Below are positions 7,580-12,372 of a DNA stretch of 12,372 nt, piece by piece. The notes under the pieces were generated by a model that saw only the letters and a program-made list of their open reading frames with translations, had not been told where the DNA came from and ran no database searches. Numbering within the stretch: the stretch's first letter is position 1; every line of letters starts with the position of its first letter. Position numbers and translations under genes: made by a program. Source of the DNA: Pseudomonadota bacterium (lineage in GTDB: Bacteria; UBA10199; 2-02-FULL-44-16; JBDRGF01); NCBI GenBank assembly GCA_043818055.1, contig JBDRGF010000073.1, forward strand, positions 1 through 12,372, given 5' to 3'.

Positions 7580-7770
7580 GAAAAGCAGCATATGGCATGT
7601 AGCATGTGGCATGTGGTGAAAAACCAACAACCAAGCCCTTCCCCCTTTCCGCCAAAGGCGGATCCGCCTCGGGCGGAGACGGGGGAAGGTGCCCGTAGGG
7701 CGGATGGGGGTGAAGGCTTTTCGCCTTTCACTACATACTACATGCCACATGCTACATACGCTTTTTCTTA
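7577..7770. repeat. Composite palindromic element: ~44-bp imperfect inverted repeats made of 4 heptamers, enclosing a DUF559-type repeat copy
   Basis: 7577-7620 TAAGAAAAGCAG-CATATGG-CATGTAG-CATGTGG-CATGTGG-TGAA is the imperfect reverse complement of 7727-7770 TTCA-CTACATA-CTACATG-CCACATG-CTACATA-CGCTTTTTCTTA. A further partial unit lies at 7772-7792. Confidence 0.8.
7634..7716 (+). repeat. Dispersed copy of the DUF559-associated palindromic repeat (long-loop form)
   Basis: AGCCCTTCCCCC-[TTTCCGCCAAAGGCGGATCCGCCTCGGGCGGAGAC]-GGGGGAAGGTGCCCGTAGGGCGGATGGGGGTGAAGG matches the copies at 10664-11524. Confidence 0.92.
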
Positions 7771-7804
7771 AATACATGCTACATACGCCTTTATCTTCAT
7801 AACC

Positions 7805-7841
7805 GTCCGATTCTTTAGACTGAAAGTCCAATAATCTGGAC
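7805..7841. promoter_or_regulatory. Tandem upstream activator sequences, promoter 2
   Basis: GTCCGA-TTCT-TTAGAC (7805-7820) and GTCCAA-TAAT-CTGGAC (7826-7841) start 21 bp apart, as in promoter 1. Confidence 0.75.
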
Positions 7842-7886
7842 ACATTCGAACAAATCAAAACCACCTCAGATCAACAAACCCATATA

Positions 7887-7899
7887 TATCAACACGTTA
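7887..7899 (+). promoter_or_regulatory. IHF binding site, promoter 2
   Basis: TATCAACACGTTA is an exact WATCAA-N4-TTR match starting 28 bp before the sigma54 box, the same offset as in promoter 1. Confidence 0.7.
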
Positions 7900-7914
7900 A
7901 CCAACCCACCATTG

Positions 7915-7931
7915 TTGGCACGGTAAATGCA
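7915..7931 (+). promoter_or_regulatory. sigma54 (RpoN) -24/-12 promoter 2
   Basis: TTGGCACGGTAAATGCA vs YTGGCACG-N4-TTGCW, one mismatch. Confidence 0.85.
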
Positions 7932-8014
7932 TAAGGGATGAGTGATTCAGCTTAGCGAATGGTCGCAAAGCTATGTAAAACAGGGGTGGGGCGAGAGCAT
8001 TGAGGAGGGTTGGG

Positions 8015-9595
8015 ATGAAGAGTTTAATTAAATGCTCAGCAGGTTTGTTGCCAGTCATTTGCGCTTTTGCACTGCTAATTGCGGGCTGCGGTGGCGCGAG
8101 CACAGATTCCGGCACAGGTACGGAGACAAATCAATCTAATGAGACATCGGTTCTAAAGGTTCAGGAGGCGAGTCCGGTTGATGCGACAAAGGATGTCCCC
8201 GTCAATAGCACGGTTACAGTCGCATTCAATACGAAGATGGATACTGTTTCAGTAGAACAGGCATTTTATGTCAGTTCGGGAAATGCAATAAACGGCGATT
8301 ACAAGTGGGATGACACAAAATCAAAAGTTACCTTCACACCAAAATACGCCCTTGATTATTCCACAGAATATACCGTCACCATCACAGTAGATGCTAAGAG
8401 CGATACCGGCGAGAAGTTGCCTGCCGAATACAAGACAAAGTTTACCACGCTAGCTCAAAGTGCAAATAATCAAAATACTGGAAATCAAACAAACAACAAT
8501 ACCGGAACACAAACAGGCACAGGAACGGACTCCGGTACTGGAACCGGATCAGGCACGGGTACTGGAACTGGATCAGGTACAACCACTGAAAAGGATACGA
8601 CTCCCCCCGTTATTTCTTCAATCAGTCCACAAGACAATGCCGTAGATGTTACACTTGAGTCCCCTATCACTATAACATTTAGTGAAGCGATGAATAAGCA
8701 GTCGGTAGAAGATAATTTAAAAGTTACAGGATATTTTCAGGAAGGTTATATGTCGACTCTAATAAAAGGAAATATCACTTGGAGCGGAAATACATTGACC
8801 TTTGTTCCTTCTGAAACACTCTTTTCATCAATTTTGTCATACACTTTTTCTTACTCATCAAAGTACAAAATTGAAATTGGAACAGGTGCTAAGGATCTAG
8901 CAGGAAATTCCCTTTTGTCAGCCTTTTCCTCGACATTTGAAACAGAAAAAAGATCTGCATTTTTGTTAGATGGAACTGGTGATGCGGTCTTATCGAATAT
9001 GTCACATTCACAGAATAGCGATTTCACAGTTGAAGCCTGGGTATATCCAACAAGTTATAGAACAATGATAATCGCATCCGATAAAGCCTATGAACTGCTG
9101 CTAAATTATAATTCTCTGACTGGTTACTATTTAAGTCTACGGGTATATAAAGAGGATTGTGTAAATAAGATCGAAGCTGGTTTCAATCCGGGTATGAGCG
9201 GACTTGCACGCAATCAGTGGATGCACGTTGCCGGAATGTATGATAAAGCAAATGGAGAAATCATAATTGCCGTAAATGGTATTGTTAAGAAAATCTCTTT
9301 TACGCAAATCGCACGACTCTGTGCAAATCCAAGTTTCAACTTCAGCATCGGAGATATTTACACAGAACCAACAGAGAGCAACCGCGACTTCGAAGGCGCT
9401 ATCGATGATGTGCGCATATCCGACATCGTCAGATATGCCGCCGATTATGTTCCTGAGAAGGATCTAGCTTCAGATCAAAATACGAAAGGTTTATGGTCGT
9501 TTGATGAGAGCGCCGGCTCGACATCGTTCGCTGATTCGTCCGGCTATGGAAACACATTGACAGCATCAGGTGATGCTAAAACGGGTTTAAAATAA
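8015..9595 (+). CDS. Lipoprotein with two bacterial Ig-like (Big_5-like) domains, Thr/Gly/Asn linker and C-terminal LamG/ConA-like domain
   Basis: GAGGAGG RBS precedes the ATG at 8015 (preferred to the TTG at 8000). Lipobox LIAG-C. Two SP.D.A.DV....I.I.F...M...SVE repeats. LamG-like motifs FTVEAWVYP, WMHVAGMYD, FEGAIDDVRISDIVRY and GLWSFDE. Confidence 0.85.
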   Translation: MKSLIKCSAGLLPVICAFALLIAGCGGASTDSGTGTETNQSNETSVLKVQEASPVDATKDVPVNSTVTVAFNTKMDTVSVEQAFYVSSGNAINGDYKWDDTKSKVTFTPKYALDYSTEYTVTITVDAKSDTGEKLPAEYKTKFTTLAQSANNQNTGNQTNNNTGTQTGTGTDSGTGTGSGTGTGTGSGTTTEKDTTPPVISSISPQDNAVDVTLESPITITFSEAMNKQSVEDNLKVTGYFQEGYMSTLIKGNITWSGNTLTFVPSETLFSSILSYTFSYSSKYKIEIGTGAKDLAGNSLLSAFSSTFETEKRSAFLLDGTGDAVLSNMSHSQNSDFTVEAWVYPTSYRTMIIASDKAYELLLNYNSLTGYYLSLRVYKEDCVNKIEAGFNPGMSGLARNQWMHVAGMYDKANGEIIIAVNGIVKKISFTQIARLCANPSFNFSIGDIYTEPTESNRDFEGAIDDVRISDIVRYAADYVPEKDLASDQNTKGLWSFDESAGSTSFADSSGYGNTLTASGDAKTGLK

Positions 9596-9641
9596 TGCCC
9601 GAATAACAATAATCGAGTGGGAGAGAACAAAGGAGGGTTGT

Positions 9642-10580
9642 ATGAAAGCAGTAAAGATGTACATGGCAGTGCTTGCGATGTTCGCTATGGCTGCCTGTGG
9701 TAGCGCAAGTCAAAGCGACACAACGCAAGGGGAGGGTGCCCAGATGAACCTCTCGTCAAAGTCGTCGGCTATATCATATGCAGACGCAGTAGGTTCAGCC
9801 GCTGAAAAGGCGTTTGGCAATGCTGAAATGGAAAATGTTAAAAGCGGTCACACGAATGCCAGCAAAGCAGTCGAACCTCAGAGCGATGAATCTGATTATG
9901 CCTCATTTCTATGCGAGCCCAGATCGTTTTCATTTGATGTTAAAGACTTCAATGTTGCATCGGCAAATGGCGGCTCTGCTCTTTTCTCAGGCAACATCAT
10001 CTGGAAACAGGATGTTAGCACTTTGATGGATCTTACAATGGATATGTCAGCCATATTTGAGAGATTCATTGTGGGCGAAAAATTTAACGGAAGCGATGTG
10101 TTCGTAGATGGTACTGCAAAGGAAAGAGGAAATATCAGGATGGAGTTCACTAAAGGTTACGATCCTTTTTGCAAAGGAGATGCTTCGCTCGATGAGAATT
10201 CTGCTGATGAGGTCGATATCACTCTAACAGGCAAAGGCCATATGGAAGGCAACCTGACCATCTCCGGTGGAGTAGGCGGATCGATGGAGTATAATGTTGA
10301 CGAAGAAATCACGGCCACATTGTCAAGTCTTGATGACCAGGGTTCAAAGAAGGCTTCAGGATATTTCACAATGAAATCGGGAAACGAGAGCGTAACATGT
10401 ACTCTTTCAGAAGAACCGGTCAAATTAGATGAAGGATACAAACTCGATTGTAATATATCAGATGAAACAACATCCACGACCAAAGAGCTGATGGATGACG
10501 TCGCTGAAGACGTATTCAGAAAGGGCACAGTAAAAACAAAGCTCGATACATTGAGATCACTATTATCGGGACAAAAATGA
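9642..10580 (+). CDS. Hypothetical lipoprotein (acidic, likely beta-rich)
   Basis: AAGGAGG RBS. MKAVKMYMAVLAMFAMAA-C lipobox. 312 aa; no family recognised. Confidence 0.8.
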   Translation: MKAVKMYMAVLAMFAMAACGSASQSDTTQGEGAQMNLSSKSSAISYADAVGSAAEKAFGNAEMENVKSGHTNASKAVEPQSDESDYASFLCEPRSFSFDVKDFNVASANGGSALFSGNIIWKQDVSTLMDLTMDMSAIFERFIVGEKFNGSDVFVDGTAKERGNIRMEFTKGYDPFCKGDASLDENSADEVDITLTGKGHMEGNLTISGGVGGSMEYNVDEEITATLSSLDDQGSKKASGYFTMKSGNESVTCTLSEEPVKLDEGYKLDCNISDETTSTTKELMDDVAEDVFRKGTVKTKLDTLRSLLSGQK

Positions 10581-10604
10581 GAGGTAAATAGCAGTAACTC
10601 CCCC

Positions 10605-10651
10605 AACACAACCTCCCGACGTCACCAAACGACGCCGGGAGCAGTTGTGTT
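10605..10651 (+). terminator. Long stem-loop after the lipoprotein operon, possible terminator
   Basis: Paired segments AACACAAC/GTTGTGTT, CTCCCG/CGGGAG and CGTC/GACG. No clean poly-T tail. Confidence 0.4.
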
Positions 10652-10663
10652 CCCCACAATGAA

Positions 10664-10733
10664 AGCCCTTCACCCTTTCAGCTCGATGCTGATCCGCCTC
10701 GGGCGGAAACGGGGGAAGGTGGCCGTAGGGCGG
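10664..10733 (+). repeat. DUF559-associated palindromic repeat, outer left copy (long loop, tail truncated)
   Basis: AGCCCTTCACCC-[TTTCAGCTCGATGCTGATCCGCCTCGGGCGGAAAC]-GGGGGAAGGTGGCCGTAGGGCGG. Confidence 0.88.
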
Positions 10734-10759
10734 TGATATTCAAATTAAATTATCCTCTT

Positions 10760-10813
10760 AGCCCTTCCCCCTTTGATGGGGGAAGGTGCCCGCAGGGCGG
10801 AAGGGGGTGAAGG
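10760..10813 (+). repeat. DUF559-associated palindromic repeat, inner left copy (short loop)
   Basis: AGCCCTTCCCCC-TTTGAT-GGGGGAAGGTGCCCGCAGGGCGGAAGGGGGTGAAGG. Confidence 0.9.
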
Positions 10814-10851
10814 TTTTTGGGGGTGGAGGTGAAAACCACAAGGATTCAAAA

Positions 10852-11286
10852 ATGAAAAAAAACTCCAACATAAAATTAGCGAGATCTCTTCGCAGAAATA
10901 CTACAGAACCAGAAAAAATACTTTGGTTCTACTTACGCAAAAGAAGTCTAAAAAACTTCAAATTCAGAAGACAATATCCAATCGGTAAATACATTGTAGA
11001 TTTTATATCTTTTGAAGCACGTTTAATTATCGAATTAGACGGCAGTCAACATTTAGCAAGTGAAGAGAGGGATGCAAGGCGTGACAATTGGCTAATGGGA
11101 GAGGGATTTAAAGTGCTACGATTTTACAATAACGAATTGCTCGAGCATCGGGAGAGGGTGTTGGAATCGATTGTAGATGCGTGTGAAAAACACTCACCCC
11201 CTTCTGCCCAAAACCTCTCACCCCCATCCGCCCTACAGGCACCTTCCCCCATCGAGGGTGAAGGGCACAGAGGAAAAAGTCATTGA
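10852..11286 (+). CDS. DUF559 family endonuclease-domain protein (Vsr-like PD-(D/E)XK fold)
   Basis: ARSLRRNTTEPEKILWFYLR, FRRQYPIGKYIVDF, LIIELDGSQH and DARRDNWL..EGFKVLRFYN. Start set at the ATG at 10852 (AAGGA upstream), because the GTG at 10786 lies inside a repeat. The C-terminal ~30 aa are largely repeat-encoded. Confidence 0.92.
   Translation: MKKNSNIKLARSLRRNTTEPEKILWFYLRKRSLKNFKFRRQYPIGKYIVDFISFEARLIIELDGSQHLASEERDARRDNWLMGEGFKVLRFYNNELLEHRERVLESIVDACEKHSPPSAQNLSPPSALQAPSPIEGEGHRGKSH
11218..11266 (-). repeat. DUF559-associated palindromic repeat, inner right copy (short loop, inverted)
   Basis: Reverse complement reads GCCCTTCACCC-TCGAT-GGGGGAAGGTGCCTGTAGGGCGGATGGGGGTGA. An extra tail fragment lies at 11194-11209. 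Confidence 0.9.
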
Positions 11287-11347
11287 GGGCACCTTCCCCC
11301 GTCTCAGCCAGAGGCTGATCCGCCTTTGGCGGAAAGGGTGAAGGGCT
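11287..11347 (-). repeat. DUF559-associated palindromic repeat, outer right copy (long loop, inverted, tail truncated)
   Basis: Reverse complement reads AGCCCTTCACCC-[TTTCCGCCAAAGGCGGATCAGCCTCTGGCTGAGAC]-GGGGGAAGGTGCCC. Confidence 0.9.
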
Positions 11348-11401
11348 TAAATGATAATGATGCATTATTGATAGTGAATAAGGAATTATTCATTTCCCCT
11401 T

Positions 11402-11428
11402 AGCCCTTCCCTATAGAATGGGGTAAGG
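11402..11428 (+). repeat. Degenerate copy of the same repeat (first hairpin only)
   Basis: AGCCCTTCCCTATAGAATGGGGTAAGG. Confidence 0.55.
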
Positions 11429-11453
11429 AGTTAGCAATGATATTTCCCTCTAT

Positions 11454-11524
11454 GCCCTTCCCCCTCGACGGGGGAAGGTGCCCTTGCCATGTCGAATGAC
11501 GTGGCGAAGGGCGGATGGGGGTGA
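11454..11524 (+). repeat. DUF559-associated palindromic repeat with extended second hairpin
   Basis: GCCCTTCCCCC-TCGAC-GGGGGAAGGT-GCCC-[TTGCCATGTCGAATGACGTGGCGAA]-GGGC-GGATGGGGGTGA. Confidence 0.88.
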
Positions 11525-11551
11525 TTGTTCGATATAAAGGAAAATAATACC

Positions 11552-12372
11552 ATGGGAAGAGACTTTTGGTTATACAGAACAGGGCAGTTCTTATCTATCG
11601 TTGGAGATTATTGTGGTAGTATTGCTTTCGCATGGTGGATTTTAGATAAAACCGGATCAGCGGCGGTTATGGCAACGATTCTTGCGCCACCTATGTTGGT
11701 AAGGATTTTCATGCTGCCTCTCTTAGGCCCAATTGGTGATAGATTTTCCAGAAAGCATATTGTTTTTATCAGTGATATCTGGAGGGCGGTGTTTACCTTT
11801 GTAATTGTTGCTTTTGTTATGTTTGATTATTTCAGTGTCATACCTATTGTCATTATTTATATTCTTTTATCGATCGGATCGGCTGCATTTCATTCCGTAG
11901 CTATTAGTATCGTTCCACAGCTCGTTGAAGAATCAAAAATATCCAAAGCGATGCGGCAAAGCCAGACAGTTATGTATCTCGGTATGGTTTTTGGAGGAAT
12001 TTCAGGAGGATTCTTAGTAAGTATTTTAGGAGTACGTGGAGCTTTTGCTGTAGATGGAATTACATTTTTAATATCTGCTGTATTAGCATTATTGATAAGA
12101 GCTAAAACAAAACCAAAGATAGTGGTGGTTAGCGAATTGTCGTTTATTAAGCAGTGGAAAAAAGAACTATTTGAAGGTTTTAGATTTATTTATAAAGTCC
12201 CGGTATTTTTTTGGCTCTCGATTTTTGCAATGTTGTGCAACTTCACATTTGCACATCTAAATGTGGGACTCCCTGTATTGGTGAAGGAAACACGGGATTT
12301 GCCCGCGTGGTTTTTAGGATCGCTTGAATCAAGCATAGGCATAGGTTCAATAATTGGGGCGCTTCTTGTAGG
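11552..12372 (+). CDS. MFS transporter, DHA3/MefA-like, truncated by the window end
   Basis: Not in the ORF track. Hand translation of the 5' part gives MGRDFWLYRTGQFLSIVGDYCGSIAFAWWILDKTGSAAVMATILAPPMLVRIFMLPLLGPIGDRFSRKHIVFISDIWRA, with motif A GPIGDRFSRK. AAAGGA RBS upstream. The frame appears to continue to the window end. Confidence 0.88.
   Translation, partial: MGRDFWLYRTGQFLSIVGDYCGSIAFAWWILDKTGSAAVMATILAPPMLVRIFMLPLLGPIGDRFSRKHIVFISDIWRAVFTFVIVAFVMFDYFSVIPIVIIYILLSIGSAAFHSVAISIVPQLVEESKISKAMRQSQTVMYLGMVFGGISGGFLVSILGVRGAFAVDGITFLISAVLALLIRAKTKPKIVVVSELSFIKQWKKELFEGFRFIYKVPVFFWLSIFAMLCNFTFAHLNVGLPVLVKETRDLPAWFLGSLESSIGIGSIIGALLV

Noticed and set aside
7546..7864. Minus-strand ORFs 7546-7731 and 7565-7864
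   Set aside because: They are translations of the palindromic and heptamer repeats and overlap promoter 2.
7940..8000. Small hairpin in the leader of the lipoprotein operon, considered as a riboswitch
   Set aside because: Only a short imperfect stem (AGCTT..GCGA / TCGC..AAGCT); no aptamer motif recognised.
8501..8583. Short repeats encoding GTGTGSGTGTG
   Set aside because: Ordinary low-complexity protein linker with synonymous variation.
10786..10851. N-terminal extension of the DUF559 ORF from the GTG at 10786
   Set aside because: The start lies within a repeat copy. The ATG at 10852 has an SD-like AAGGA and fits the usual domain start.
1096..11365. Remaining short antisense or out-of-frame ORFs in the track (e.g. 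1096-1281, 3398-3595, 5303-5545, 6313-6516, 6977-7219, 7897-8115, 9896-10150, 10157-10609, 11108-11365)
   Set aside because: Shadow ORFs overlapping well-supported genes or repeats, with no recognisable motifs.
11347..11392. Fur-box-like AATGATAATGATGCATTAT and palindrome TGAATAA-GGAA-TTATTCA (11375-11392)
   Set aside because: The alignment I tried gave only about 11 of 19 matches to the Fur consensus. These are single AT-rich palindromes with no second copy and no cognate regulator in the window.

Overview
All genes here are on the + strand, in three blocks. (1) A sigma54-driven signalling operon: DHA3-type MFS exporter, SAM-dependent methyltransferase, orphan family-5 (OppA/DppA-like) solute-binding protein, membrane hybrid histidine kinase, and an NtrC-family sigma54 activator. 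(2) A two-gene lipoprotein operon: an Ig-like x2 + LamG-like lipoprotein and a hypothetical lipoprotein. Blocks 1 and 2 sit behind promoters of near-identical architecture: two GTCYRA-N4-YTRGAC palindromes 21 bp apart, an exact IHF consensus site, and a sigma54 -24/-12 box. This suggests a self-activating, quorum-sensing-like circuit with a surface-protein output (inference). The signal-specific part, from the exporter to the kinase sensor domain, is markedly AT-rich and switches to higher GC inside the kinase gene. (3) A DUF559 (Vsr-like PD-(D/E)XK) nuclease gene enclosed by mirror-symmetric GC-rich palindromic repeats, with further dispersed copies in a REP/RAYT-like layout, followed by a partial second DHA3 MFS gene. 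A separate heptamer repeat family (CYACATR x4) occurs between genes and in frame inside the kinase. No rRNA, tRNA or CRISPR array was seen.
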